NCBI RefSeq assembly: GCF_037042905.1 | Contig: NC_087250.1 | Location: forward strand, 5,768,001-5,832,000 | Length of the DNA: 64,000 nt | Source of the DNA: Lytechinus pictus | Taxonomy: Eukaryota | Direction: 5' to 3' | In this document: positions 1-13,902 of the stretch, one piece after another | How positions within the stretch are numbered: position 1 is the stretch's first letter | Layout: every line of letters starts with the position of its first letter | Translations under genes and position numbers: made by a program | Notes under the pieces: generated by a model | Database searches by the model: none | What the model was told of the DNA's origin: nothing | Seen by the model: only the letters and a program-made list of their open reading frames with translations

Positions 1-88
1 ATCAATTTGTTCTGAATGCCACTTGGTCTAAATGCCATTTGGTCTACAATACACTCGACATGATACCCCCTCTTCATCCAATTCTCAT

Positions 89-600
89 TGGCCCAAATTC
101 ACAAAGGTGGTTTTGAAAACCCACGGTTAAGTCCATGGTTTGTGCAGATTTCCTGTATAAATTACGCTCATTTTACCGCGTATATTAAAAAATGGCAAAA
201 AGAAGCTGCTGAAAACTGCTTATCTAAAAAAAGAGCCAATGGAGTAAATTAGAGAGTCAAAAGGGGCCTAAGCTTTCGATCCTAGCAGAATCTTCGTCGG
301 AGGCAAAAATGTCCAATGCTGATGCGCGCTTTTGTCACAGTGCGCCAAATTGACGCCTGTTGCCGTGGTTATCCACGCTATTTTGTTCATGAGTCCACTG
401 TTTTGAATTAATGAGTCCACTCTTCAAACAGTGGACTCATGAAAAAAAAAGTGTATCTTACCATGGTAACAGGCATCGATTTGGCGCACTGTGACGAAAG
501 CGCGCATCAGCATTGGATTTTTTTTTTAATATACAGGAAATATGCATAAATCACGGATTCAACCGTGGGTTTTCAAAACCACCTTTCTGAATTCGGGCCA
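89..600. mobile_element. Palindromic MITE interrupted by a ~110-bp ribozyme-bearing insert
   Basis: Terminal inverted repeats tggcccaaattcacaaaggtggttttgaaaacccacgg / ccgtgggttttcaaaaccacctttctgaattcgggcca, plus a long internal palindrome. Confidence 0.75.
266..304 (-). ncRNA. Minimal type I hammerhead ribozyme variant (Penelope-associated)
   Basis: Minus strand reads GCCU-CCGACGA-A-GAUUCU(GCU)AGGAUC-GAAA-GCUU-AGGC: stem I GCCU/AGGC, 6-bp stem II, palindromic AAGCUU stem III. Confidence 0.7.
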
Positions 601-920
601 TTTAGTCTAATGGCAAAATGCTCTGAGTTCCATCTTGTCAACAAATTATTTTTCTTTTTTTTTTTATGATAAATTCAAAGATCCATAAACAGATGAACTC
701 ACTGTAGAGATAGATAAAATCAATATAACCTAACAAAATTTGTAAATATAGATTTGCTACATGGCAATGAGACAAAATCATAAATGGTTAGTTATGGACT
801 GGTTGAAGAAGATCTTGGATTAGACCATTTTAGATAAAACCAGACAGAAAATTAACCAAGTGGAAGATTACCATATTTTTCAGTCCCATTAAATCTCTGA
901 AAAATGAGAGAATATATTAA

Positions 921-1242
921 CCACTTGGCTGCGGGCCACGTAATATTACGTGCTTGGCTAGTTTGTATTCTGTGCGGAACACGTAAAATTATGTACTTAC
1001 AACACTGTCCGATTAATAAGTGTCACCATCGCGCTGTAATAACCCTATGATGGAAATAGCACAGGACTATAAAAACTGCGGATTAGGACAACAGATGGCG
1101 CTATAACAAAAAATTCTTGAGACTTCCCCTGTGATTTATAGAAACTCAAAGCCACTTGCTATGTAGTGAAATTTGAGTGTGTATTAATTTGGCTCAGCAC
1201 AGAGGGGTTGTATACACATTATGGCTGTCAGCAGTCAAGTGG
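921..1242. mobile_element. piggyBac-like MITE
   Basis: TTAA|CCACTTGGCTGC ... GCAGTCAAGTGG|TTAA. Confidence 0.75.
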
Positions 1243-2267
1243 TTAAGAAGACTTCATCAAAATCCTATATACATTCTATTTATCAATTTCATTTTGTCTT
1301 GCCTTTGTAGCAGAAGAGAAAATTCCAACTTAATTTGATATGTCAGTGGCGGATCCAGCGAGGATTGTACAAATATAGTGCATTACAAAAATACCTTATT
1401 AAAAAGATACCCCACCAATTTAACACAAATTTCTATAGATTTGAAGTGAATGCTTTGCGAGACCAATTTTGTCCCTTGTGAGCTGTTGGTTTTGGATAAC
1501 AGTTCTACCGCCGACAGCTGCAGTCGTCTTCATTTTACATGATAGAGTTAGCAAACTCTTTACTCGGGCCCTACCTGAAAAGAAATAGGAAATGTGTATT
1601 TATTTGTTCTGACATTTTTTAAATGTCCGGGAAGTAGTATTGTAGATGGAGACCCAAATTAAGCTTCGAACAAGGGAAATTGACCTAGAATTAGTGATAT
1701 GACAATATTTACACCCGTAAATAAGGTTCCATGACATTTGCTCCGGCAACAATTGCTCTGCTGCAAATTCCACACACAAGTGGAATGGGCAACTTCAACT
1801 CCGGATTCAATGCTATACCCTATCCGAAACTTAACCCCTCAAATCTAACATAAAACCCTATTGCAACCCTAACCCAAACCCTACATCTTAGACGAATTTA
1901 AACCCGAAGCAATCTAATTGCCTTACTTTGGCGAAAGGAAGCAAGTTACAAAAGTATCATTTGCTGTAAATGAGCAGTGTGTGTTCGTCATTTACATAGG
2001 CGTCAATGCAATTTAAAAGCATATTTTTTTCAATATCTTCCCATAGAAACGATAATTTCTTCCCCAAATTTTGCCTGAACGTGCGACATACAAAGGGTGT
2101 TTTAGAAACAACAATAACTCATATTTGACTGATGTGTCACTTGCTTCCTTTTGCCAAAGTTGGACAGAATTATTTTTGTGTCATTGTCAATAAACCCCCT
2201 TTCGCTAGTGATGTGTGGTTGTGCACCGCATCACTCTCTACTTGTCATCGACTGTCACCCTATCACA

Positions 2268-2670
2268 ATAATAATAATAATAATAATAATACTCAACATT
2301 TATAACGCGCTTTTCCCACATGGCCCAAAGCGCTCACAATTTCATTTAACTTATTTATACAAACAAAAATCAGAATGACATATTAAATGAAGGCAGTTGC
2401 CTAGAACAAAAGGGTTTTAAGGGACTTCTTGAAGGACTCAATTGTTGGGGATTGTCTTATTGTGAGAGGGAGTTTTTTCCATTCCATTGAGGATGCAACG
2501 GTGAATGTTCTATCTCCGGTCTGTTTTCTTTTTGTTGGATATGTTAATTTAAGTGGGTCTTCAGAGAATCTAGTTTTTCTACCACAATGCAGGGGGCCTC
2601 TGCTTCCACCGCTTTCTCTTTTTACTCGAGCTAGCCACAACCTCAAACGTGATAAGGAATAGAATTCACT
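2268..2670 (-). mobile_element. L2/CR1-group LINE 3' fragment
   Basis: ORF2 C-terminus GDRTFTVASSMEWKKLPLTIRQSPTIESFKKSLKTLLF* and a (TTA)n tail. Confidence 0.75.
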
Positions 2671-3073
2671 CTGCGGGTTTGCAGTTCTAACAAGGGATAT
2701 TCATCATGGATTATAATTATCTGTAATGTTAATTATATGCTTAACATGTTTCAAAGGTCAAGAGCATCCTAGCATAGAGTTGAAATGACCAATCTTCAGT
2801 AAAATAGGTCTGTTAGGATCGCCGAAATAGAAAAACAAATATTCTCGAATGACCTGAAATTTTATGAATGTTTGAAAGATTGTTTTTTTTAATACTCATT
2901 ACCTGTGAGCTTGATTATTCAAAGTGTGGAATTTTGTGAGATACACTTAAGCCAGACTGACTTTATTGCAATTTTCTCAGTTTTCACATGTTATTTCTAT
3001 TCAAACATATTCTTGTATTTCTAATATCTTTATTTTCCTCTTTTCTCTCCCATTTTCTTTTACCCCTCAACAG

Positions 3074-3139
3074 AAAGACCGAAAGAACGCTTCAAATAAG
3101 AAAGGGAAGAGCAAGAAACGAAGTTGCATCTTATTCTAA
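3074..3139 (+). CDS. Terminal coding exon of a probable Ras-family small GTPase (polybasic region + CaaX); upstream exons not found in the window
   Basis: Long pyrimidine tract and caacag acceptor, then phase-0 KDRKNASNKKGKSKKRSCILF-TAA. A polybasic stretch followed by CILF is typical of Ras/Rap/R-Ras C-termini. A long AT-rich UTR-like region follows. Confidence 0.75.
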   Translation, partial: KDRKNASNKKGKSKKRSCILF

Positions 3140-3804
3140 GATTGATCAAATATAGCATGTTTTTACTCTCTTGTCTTTTACTGTCAGATTGTTTGTCACA
3201 AGATGAACGTATTCTTAAAATATATGTATAGAGTGTATACAATCATGTTATGTGTCGAGAGTTCCACAGGGATGTGTCTTGGGACCATTACTGTTTAAAG
3301 CCTTTTCTCCGGGACTTTGCTGCCATTTGAGTGACTAGACACGAATGCCTCACATGGAATTCATGGATGATATTGATGATGATGAGGAGGAGGAGGAAAC
3401 CATAGCAACGGTGTATAAAGAATTATATTGTACAGCTAGCAATCTTCAATGGATAGTAAAAAGACGAGTCTAATTATAGGGTGGACCAAAGTGGTGGACT
3501 CTAACAAGATGTTCTTGATTCAAGCACATTTTGTCTTTTTACAAGTATGCTTCGAGTTGAGGTCATCGCTTTCTACTGAAAATAGACACTTTAGATATAT
3601 TTTACACTTGTGTATTGTTAGTCAAAATGAATTATTGTTGTTCAGTGTCATTTCTTGATTTTTTTTTTACACCAAGCCTCAGAACTCTGGCGTATATGTA
3701 AGTCCTGTGATCTACTTTCATCGCATCTCTATGGTTCAAACTTTGGATATTCTTTGATTTTCTAAGCATGCAAGTGCGACAGGGTCCCGTTGCATGTAAG
3801 TTAA

Positions 3805-4508
3805 CCCTAATTCTCCCGGGGGGGGGGGGCCATTATGGCCCCCCCTCTCGACAATTTTCGCGATATATCTGCTGCGCAAAATTTTTTGACCTCGCCACTC
3901 ACTGACTTTACTTTCAAGTCTCGCGCAAATTTTGAGACAAAATTTGTGACGCCCGGGTACGCGGTCACGACATTACGCAACATTATGTAAGTGCATGTCA
4001 GACCCCAAATTGCTCATAAACGTGATTTCATGTACAAAACCAATGCAGATTGTGTATTAGCCAAAATTCATAAATGTATCATTATTTCTACTTTTACTGA
4101 TTAAACTTAATTAATTTTGCCTTGTTTATGATCAGAATTGAGTCTGGAACGATTTCCATCGAAAAACAATAAAAATACAAAAAGTAAAAAAACTAAGAAA
4201 TACATAAGAAATAAAAAAAACAATAAAATACATAAGAAATCAGTCTTGGTACCAGAATTTTTTTCATTCACAATTCTTAGGACTGCTATAAAGAATATTT
4301 TCACCCAAAAATAGCATTCTAGGAGCTTTATTTAGTGAATCAGAGCAAAAAGTATGATTTCATGAATAAATTAGCATAATTCATATAAAATATATAGATA
4401 TGTAGATTACGTCATTCTCTACCACCATGCGAATTTTCGTTGTGATCGAATCTGCGGCTGAGATCTTAAGGGAATGACAAGAATCAAAATACCCCGGGAG
4501 ATTTAGGG
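3805..4508. mobile_element. Non-autonomous piggyBac-like element
   Basis: TTAA|CCCTAATTCTCCCGGGG ... CCCCGGGAGATTTAGGG|TTAA. Confidence 0.8.
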
Positions 4509-4610
4509 TTAATATGTTGTAACTTTGCCATCCACAGCAGCCAATGAAAATCACAGATTCCAGGGAAGTTACCATTGGATGGCAGAGTAACGTTTATGCA
4601 CCGGGGCCCA

Positions 4611-4771
4611 GGTGGGTGTTTCATAAAGCTGTTCGTAAGTTAAGAACGACTGGTGATCCTTTCTTTTGGTAAATGGTATACACCATTGGCGATGGTTTAG
4701 CGTGTAAGAAAAGTTCACCAGTCGTTCTTAAAGTCGCTCTTAACTTACGAACAGCTATATGAAACGGCCCC
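4611..4771. mobile_element. Hairpin MITE family (other copies ~10770-10948 and ~11533-11706)
   Basis: gtttcataaagctgttcgtaagttaag...cttaacttacgaacagctatatgaaac inverted arms, seen three times in the window. Confidence 0.75.
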
Positions 4772-5245
4772 CAGGTATGCATTTTTCTTCAAGCACTTCA
4801 TGCTTCTAGTATGCTTGAGGAGGTTTTTACCGCACCCTTGCTTAAAACGGCTGCAATCAAGGGCTACATCATGTAATCGTATACAGAAGCTTAAAGAATA
4901 GAAATGTAAATGTCGCATATTTAGTAATTGTTTACAGATTTTTCCAGCATAAAGGGGCTTTGACGTGCTTATGGTACTTACAGATGAAGATAATGATGTT
5001 AGAAATGGGGCATTTGTGCTTTTTACATTGTTAAATCTATTATGTTAACAAGAATGAGGGAATTAATCTGTCTACTGTTTATTTTTGTTTTTATATGGTT
5101 TAATGAACTCTATGCCTTATTGTATCTCTATTGCTTTTTTATTCGCAAAAGGCTGCTATATTAAGTTTTTGTTAAAATTTAGCCTCTTAGTATACCGACC
5201 ACCCACTGTAACTGTTAGTTTTACTAACAGAGGGCGACATTTAGC

Positions 5246-5669
5246 AATAAGCCAGTTCGTAGTACCAATCCGTGCATGATCAGAGGAAGGTCATTGGTAC
5301 CAGTCCTGATTGGTACTAAAGTGACATGGTTGTTTAAAATTTAATGAGATAAGCACCAACTTTGATGTATTGATTATTCATATATTCTTTTGAATGGTGT
5401 TTTTCATTTACATCCACAAAAACAAAAAATGTGTATTTCACAGTTTGCCATTGTACAGCATGCTATAATGTGCATTAAAAATGCACCAAAAACCTTCATA
5501 GAGTGTTTATTGATGTGCTATTCTAGTCATCTGGTCTATTCAATTTCTTCATCCTGCTATGTAAGGCATGCTTACGTAATATCTTTTTTGAAATCCGCCT
5601 ATCATAATGAAAGAACTGAAAGATAATTTGACCAGAATTGTCCATGAACTAACTACGAACGGGTTTATT
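5246..5669. mobile_element. TIR MITE (second copy 62020-62475)
   Basis: AATAAGCCAGTTCGTAGT ... ACTACGAACGGGTTTATT termini; the body is colinear with the copy at 62 kb. Confidence 0.75.
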
Positions 5670-5946
5670 GTGAAGAATCAAACATTGTAAGGCAAAATAC
5701 CCTAACATGCACAACTTTGCTTGAGAAGTGTAGTATTGAGGTATTCTACCTGTGTGTGGGAAATGTCACCCTCGCTCTTCAAACATTAGATAGTCGGGAA
5801 GAGAATTCATGCAATTTGTCCATGTATGTTATAATTTGCTGATGCCAGCATTGTTAACAGGTAATGATTGCATTGAAGTTACGTCACTCGAGCCAGGCAA
5901 CTTGCTGGCCCAGCGGTCATGGAGTTGAGGTGAATCTATCATATCA

Positions 5947-6715
5947 ACACACTCTGTACATACTGTGAACATCATGCTGTGTACACACCGTCAATACGCT
6001 GTGAACACACTGGGACCACATTGTGAACCTACAGTGAACACACACTAAGCACATTGTGAACATACTGAAGACACTGTGGACACATTGAGAACACACTGTA
6101 ATCTCACTGTGAACATGCTAGGGCCACACTGTGAACACACTGGGACACCACTGTGATCTCACTGAACACACTGGGACCACACTGTGATCTCACTGTGAAC
6201 TCACTGGGAGCCTAAAGTGAATACAAACTGAGCACATTGTGAACATACTGAAGAGATTGTGAACACACTGGGACCACACCATGATTTCACTGTGAACACA
6301 CTTGGAGCCTACAGTGAACACACACTCAACACATTGTGAACATACTGAAGACACTGTGAACACATTGAGAACACATGTGATCTTACTGTGAACACACTGG
6401 GACCACACTGTGAACACACTGGGACACCACTGTTATCTCACTGTGAACACAATGGGACACCACTGTGATCTCACTAGGACCACACTCTGAACACACTGGG
6501 ACACCACTGTTATCTCACTGTGAACACACTGGGACCACACTGGGACACCACTGTGATCTCACTGTGAACACACTAGGACCACACTCTGAATACACTGGGA
6601 CACCACTGTGATCTCACTGTGAACACACTGGGACCACACTGATCTCACTGGGACCACACTGTGAACTCGCTTTGAACCAATACTCTGTGAACACACTATA
6701 GTCTTTCCAGCAGGG
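5947..6715. repeat. Degenerate ~11-bp-based tandem array (gaacacactgt / ggaccacactg)
   Basis: Direct repeats; the array ends in gtctttccagcaggg. Confidence 0.85.
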
Positions 6716-7263
6716 GCATAACTTAGTTTGTCATAAAATACTTCCACTGGCTCATGACCTATGATTGGTTTATACCCATCATTCTCAAACCCCCTAAATG
6801 TCATGTGATTCCTCATGAAAAGCATATGATGGATTCTTTTTTATCAGTTGTATTAAACAAAAAAATATATATAATGTATTTGAAGTTTATTGTCACATCT
6901 TCATTATTAATGTACTTGATTTAATTTTGATATTGTATCGTCAAATGAATTATATTGATATCAATCAGCTGTTCTTTTAAATTTTTCTATTTTGTATCAA
7001 ATTTATCTAGTAACTTGTGTGAAAGGTTGTTGGTGCCTCAGGCACCCTTGCTCATTTTTTTTTTTATATAAGAAGGAAACTTCATTGCTTCACTGGTGAG
7101 AACTTAAATTCAATATCTAGATTCATTCTTTATCAATCTTTTGAGGTAAAAGGGAACAAACAACCATTGTCACCAATATTGAGAAAAAAATGATAAATTT
7201 TTAGGCTTATGATAATTAATTCTTATTAATCTGGACTTGGTAACCCTGAGTCACAAGGATTAA

Positions 7264-7772
7264 GGGGATCTTTTCACTTTGTGAGCAGCTGATTTAAAAA
7301 AAATCAAACCAAGATAAAACGTGTATGAGTGCTTGTATTTGTCCTTAAAAAACCTGAAACAGACCACAATATAGGATGAAAAATTCCAATTTAGACAGGA
7401 GTAGCAATTGATTAGCCTGATTTTGAGAACCTTCTGTAAGACGCTTTCAGCTTTTGCCCAGTTTTCTCAAATTCCAAAAGTCTGTTGGCTGTGTTGACTG
7501 CCTTCTGTTGTGTGTATCACCTATGCACACACTATTGTTAGCTGCACTGTATTCGCTGTATACACATAGTCATTGAAACCAACCCCCAATTATTTTCAAA
7601 CTTTGGTTTACATCTCCGAAGTTTTAAAATAGCTCCTGTATATATATGATACTTTGCAACTTTTGGGGTGGTATTTTTACCCCGGATTTTTACACTACAA
7701 GCCTAATGTGTAGCCCATTTTCAAGAACCAAAATGAGACTGTTTTAAATCAGAACAAAGTGAAACGATCACT
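7264..7772. mobile_element. TTAA-flanked Kolobok-like MITE
   Basis: TTAA|GGGGATCTTTTCACTTTG ... CAAAGTGAAACGATCACT|TTAA; shares its subterminal sequence with the 43790 element. Confidence 0.65.
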
Positions 7773-10700
7773 TTAAGACAAATGTCAAGAAAATACATTG
7801 CCAATTTGACAAAGAAATAGCGATCAGATTGGGCTTTGGATAATTAAATCTAAGCAATCATGTCACAATTTTTAGGCACAAATATCTTAATGCTAAATGG
7901 AAGGAAGAAAATGATATTGTTGCTTGAAGAAGTAACGTTGATTAAATATTTTTTTTAAAAGGTTAATTTTCCTATATGGATCAAAGATCTGTGCACCCAA
8001 GCAACCACAGGTCCTCAGTTGGTAGGTTATATGATATAATTGTGTGTTTGTAATTACTGCCAAAGTGGCATGTCTATTGTACAAAGTTCAGGAAGGAGGG
8101 AACATCGGGATGAGGGGCAGTTTGCTCCGGGGGGAAGTTCCCTCTCCTTTCTTTTTCATTACGCTTGTGGCTCATTCATACTTGTTTATCGAAAATGGCA
8201 CGTGGAGGTGAGCAGTGTACATTTTCTGTGTTTTATAATCAATGTATTGTCATTTATCATTTATGATTTCTCATTTCTCGTTTAAAAATAAAATGCATTT
8301 TCAAGTGTACAAATAATACACATCTGCAGGGTCATTAGTGCGATTACACATCCAAGGAACAGTTCTAGGTCTTTCTATAAACCAATCAGATAGAAGGATT
8401 TCAGTAGCTTTTAACGGATATCGCCAATTTGTTAGTGTTACAAGTTTTATGAACCGGGCCCCCTGGACTGTTTCAAAGGTAACAAGTGTGTGTGTGATAA
8501 TTCTAATGCCCCTGCAAAATGCTGTGTATTATTTGTTTTATAAGATGGTGATGCGGATCCTAGTTGTTGATGAATTGTCTCCATGCATAAGCCGTCCTCA
8601 TCTCAAAAGCAACCAGACAATAGAATGGTTTAATTCCAATTCGTCCAATTGCCAACTCGTCTACTATCATTTGGTCTACCATCAGTTCGTCCACTCACCA
8701 CATTTATCTACTTTCATCTTATGCCATTCCGTCTAATAACCAGTTGGTCCAATAGCCATTTAGTCCATAGGGTTTGGTCTAATTGGAATAAGTGTTAAAT
8801 TGTGCAAAAGGAATGAATTTGAAGTGGAAATTAGACCAACTTGTTGCGAGACGAAATGGTCATAGACGAAATGGTGATTAGACGAAGTGATGATTGGACC
8901 AAATGGTTATTAGACAAAATGTTGGACGGAATGGCATCAGACTAAATGAAAGCAGACCATGTGGTGAGTGGATGAGTTGGCAATAGACAAATTAACCAAT
9001 AAAACTAATCATTAGACCAGTCAGGTAGCAAAGTTCCTCTTGGCTTAAAATAAATGTGATGGGTTTCATTTGATTAGGATGATATCCTTAAACAGAGCTG
9101 ACAAGTAGTACGATTTTTCCGTATTTAGTACGTTTTTGCAACCAAAATACGGCAGTACGTTTTTTCTTAAAAAAATACGTTTTTTGTATTAAAAAAAAAA
9201 TTTACAAAATCGAAATTTATTGAGAAAAATCATCTCTATATGTCTCTATTTCATGAAACGTACACAAATATGGTTATTAGATCAATATAATTTCAGGTAA
9301 CTTGTTTTTTTTTCAATCATTTTGTAAAAACCAGGGTGAGATATACACAAGTTTCAATGTTTTTTTTTTTTCCATCTGCAAGAGCAGTGCACATTTTAGC
9401 TTGCATGCAGCTTGAGCGCCGTGATGGGCGAGTGCGCCAAGCATTTTATTATGAAATACACTTTTTTGGGGGAAAATACAAAATATTTATCTCACACGGT
9501 AAAAATACTGATTTTTTTGTGAAAATACTGATTTTGGGAGATAAGAATACTGAAAATGCAAAATACAACTTGGCAGCTCTGCTTAAACCCTCATTTCCAC
9601 TCTTCATCCCCTCTCTTGTTTTCCCCCATCTTGCCCTTTCCCCTCATCCTATTTACCCCCATGCACATTTAAAGTGCTGGTGAAGTCTTTCCTTTAAAAA
9701 AAAAAATCATATAAATGCCATTTTTTAGTGATTTGTGTATCCAATTTCGATGTACATTGTTTTTTCTGTCTTTTGTCTAAGCTGTCATCAGTTGATCATG
9801 TGAGTCACACATGTGTGATGTGTATTCTGTTGAGGGAAAATATAGGCAGATTTACACTGTGTTTTACATGTGCATCGCTCACTGATATTGACTAGAACAT
9901 TAGAATACAAACTCTTCGGTGTTGGTGAAAGCACCTGTGGGTGTTTTGAGAGGTATTTTGACAAATGGCGATGATTTCAAGATTTTTGATTTCTATGGTG
10001 TTGATACACCAGCAAGAATCCCATGCCTTTCTAATCCTGTTCTTATTTTCCTTTGTTTTCTTTTTTTCATATTCATTCCCCCTTTCCCCGCCTTCTTATT
10101 CTTCTCAGTCTGCAATTCTTCTCTCCATCAACCCTCTAATTCTTCCCATCTTTTGTTTTCCCTCTTTGTTTTCCAGCTTCTTTTATTCACATTTCCTTCT
10201 TAACTACTTGGTCATCTTACCTCTCTCAGTCTGCATTCTCTCCGCAATCGTCTTGTTCTTGTTCATACCCTCCCCCCTCCCCCGCTATTTTTCACCTTTT
10301 GCTCCTTTCTCCCTCTGTTTTATATTTCTCTCTACCTGCCACCCCCTCCCTTCCTTTCATGCATTTTTTTTTTTTCAAAGGTCATGCGAGATCACCACGG
10401 TTTGGGGGTACCTTTTCAATTTAATAGGGGAGAAGTGGTTTGGTGAATTGAGGATTTAAGGAATGTGAGCCTTTCATTATCATTACGTGTTTATTTGTTC
10501 CACAGGTTGACCAAAAGCCCCATTCACGTTTGAAAAATCCATCGATTTAGCATTGTTACGAGCAGACTCCATATTTGCAATCAAACGTAGATCGAAATAA
10601 TCAATCTCAACTTACGCATTTTTTGTAATTGCGTTCAGTTGTCTCTCACTGCAATGGACCCCAGAGCGAGTGAGCCTTATTTGTTTAAAGAAAAAAAAAA

Positions 10701-12094
10701 TCAATTTTCATGATCATGACAACATAACTCGTATAATTGTTTTTTAATCGTTTTTGGTCTTTTTTCCAGGGGCCGTTTCATAAAGCTGTTCGTAGGTTAA
10801 GAGTGATTTTAAGAACGACTGGGGATCTGTTCTGTGGTAAATGATATTCACCATTAAATGTATCTTGATGATTATTTAGCGCGTAAGAAAAGTTCACCAC
10901 TCGTTCATAAAGTCGCTCTTAACTTCGGAACAGTTTTATGAAACGCCCATTAGGAGTAATGCTAAACCAACACAGAGTAACATGCAGTGTATTCATAGAA
11001 CAATATTGCTCGGAACCATTACGTTTTATTCAAAGGGTTTGAATTAAAAACTTGCGATTTTTCATTGACATTTGGATCAAACAAGTGTGAAGCGGGCTTA
11101 AAGGCAGACATTCCCGGATTCAAGAGGGCGCTTGTGATTTTGTTACGTGCTGTCCTCGCTACCGTCTTCATGACGAAGATCAACGTAATTTGCGTGCAGC
11201 TGTCAATCATCAGCACGCACAGTACACAAACGCTGCGCTGTTTTCAGCTACATGTACATCGGTGCAGCTGTCCCAGACATTTGGGCCCGTTTCATAAAGA
11301 TTTACAACTGTTGTAACTTTGCCATTATGGTAACTACCGTGGCAACAGGGCTCTGCAGCCAATCAAAATCAAGGTTGCCATGGTCGTTGCCATAATGGCA
11401 AAGTGGCACAGTGGCAGCTCTTTGTGAAACGAGCCCTAGTATTACTTCACACAGCAAAATAGGCGGAGCCAACATGCTAAGATCTTCGAACAGCAGCCAA
11501 GCCATACGCGAACTGAGGTTCGCCCGAGTTCTGGTGGGTGTTTCATCAAGCTGTTCGTGAGTTAAGAGCGATTTTATGAACGACTGGTGATCCTTTCTTA
11601 CAGTGAATGGTATACACCAAAATTGGCGATGGTTTAGCACGTAAGAAAGGATCACCAGTCCTTCTAAAGTCGCTCTTAACGAACGAATAGCTTTATGAAA
11701 TGGCCCAGGCATTCGGAACATGGCATTTGCGTAAGCGTCGTATAATGTTGATGTTAATTTTTTAGCTGGCGCCATCTGCAGCGCGTATCGATGTCCAACC
11801 ATACAGTGCCCTCTTTGTTCCCGGGAATGTATTCCTTTAAATCATACTGCTATGTTTAGCTCTCCTGGTGTTAGTGTAAATAACATACAAAAGTCTGAGG
11901 CAAGATTGATAATGTTGTCAGGGAGACTAGAAGTATATTACTTTATTATTGTAAGCGAACAATTATTATTGACATGCTCACACCATAGGGACATGTAATA
12001 CCATTATATTAAAACATTTTTAAAGTAAACAAATTTAAGGGTTGTAGTAGACTTTTTTTCTAGTTTGGATGGACGTGAGGAGTTGATTGGTAAA

Positions 12095-13652
12095 GACGAT
12101 GATGGTGGTGGTGATGATGATGGCAATGAAGGTGATGATGATGGCAATGATGGTGGTGATGGTAAGAATGATGGGGATGATGGTGATGGTGAGGATGATG
12201 GGGATGATGATGATGGTGATGATGAGGAGGAGGATGATGGTAGTGGTGGTAGTAGAGGGGACTTTTGAAAATGAATCTGGTATTTATACTGATGATGATA
12301 GTAATTTTTTTTATGATGATGACTATGATCCTGGCGTTAATGATCGATGGTCATGATACCGATTTTTATGACGAAGAGGAGGAGGATGGTGATGATGATG
12401 TTGAGGAGGAGGAGAATTGGGGAGGATAATGATGAGGAGGAGAATTATGATGGTGGTGATGATGATGGCGATGATGGGGATGATGATGGTGATGATGGTG
12501 ATGATGATGGCAATGATGGCAATGATGGTGATAATGATGGTGATGATATTTAGATATTTAGCAATTCGTTAAAATTAATGCTACTGGAAGATTGTAATTA
12601 ATTTGGTATTGTAAAATACTGCCTGAAAACAAATGATTCTATATAAAGATTTGGTGAATGATTAAGATATTTTTTCTTGTAAATAGTGTAAATATGTTCA
12701 CTGAAAATGATAGAAATTTTCTGCAACAGTAATAAGTAGAATTAGTACTGAATTCGATGTACAATATTGAGATTTAGTTATATTGTTTAAACTATGATAA
12801 TGACATTTGAGGCTAACCTCGATTAGCATCTTGCTATTATGTTAGCTCCAATTACCAAATGCTTTGTTTATATGTGATGTACTATTCCTTGTAATTGTAC
12901 CTGACAGTGATATTTGGTAATAAATTCAATGATGATGATGATGGTGATGATGGTGATGATGATGAAGATGATGATGACGATGATGGTGATGACGATAGTT
13001 AAGATGATGATGGTGGTAGTGGGGATGATGATGGGGATGATGATGATTATGGTGATGATAACGATGATGGTGACGAAATAGTACTTTGATACTTCTTATT
13101 AAGTATCGCTGGAGTTATGTTTTATATTGTTTTTTATGTAAAGTTTTGTAAAATTCAGCACTCGCTGCGTACAGTCTTGGAATAAAATTATTATTACATG
13201 ATGATGGCGATGATGGCAATGATGGTGATGACGATAGTTAAGATGATGATGGTGATAGTGGGAATGATGATGGTGATGGTGGGGATGATGATTATGGTGA
13301 TGATAACGATGATGGTGACGAAATTGCACTTTGATACTTCTTATTAAGTATCGTTGTAGATATGTTTTATATTTTAAAAACATATCTATTTTTGTTGTAG
13401 TGTAACTGTAATATTGGAGATAAATTTGTACAAAGCGCATAGAGCAATTTCAATTGATTATGCGCTATATAAGAACCAATTTATTATTATTATTATTATA
13501 TTGTATTTTATGTAAAGTTTTGTAGAATTCAGCACTCGCTGCGTACAGTCTTGGAATAAAATTATTATTATTATGATATGATGGCGACGATGGCAATGAT
13601 GATGATGATGATGATGATGATGACGTTGGTAATGGCAATGATGGTGATGATG
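12095..13652. repeat. Degenerate (GAT/GGT)n microsatellite blocks with local duplications and an L2-type tail
   Basis: (GAT)n at 12095-12550, 12930-13320 and 13575-13650; segments near 13130 and 13505 are duplicates. Confidence 0.85.
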
Positions 13653-13663
13653 GAGAACCACTA

Positions 13664-13902
13664 CACTGTAAACACTGTGGTGTTAAAACTGACACCAATT
13701 GGTGTTAATAGAGGACCACACCCTGAGGTGTTAAAATAACACCCTAGAGATTGAACATAACACCAAAGAGTGTAAATGTAACAACCATAGGTGTTGTAAT
13801 AACACCTATAGGTGTAAAACTAACACCACCAATTTAACACCGGTATAAAATAACTGGTGTGGTCCTCTATGTACACCGGTTAACACCACAGTATTTGCTG
13901 TG
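13664..13902. mobile_element. 239-bp CAC...GTG MITE with 2-bp TSD (CMC/EnSpm-like); other copies 17032-17270, ~28038-28263 (truncated), 29158-29395, 45664-45902
   Basis: Near-identical copies in both orientations; TSDs of the four complete copies are TA, TG, TT and TT. Confidence 0.9.

Noticed and set aside
11302..11802. 166-aa minus-strand ORF
   Set aside because: Runs through two palindromic MITEs; not protein-like.
12065..13698. Asp-, Met- and His-rich ORFs
   Set aside because: (GAT)n microsatellite; no supporting splice structure.
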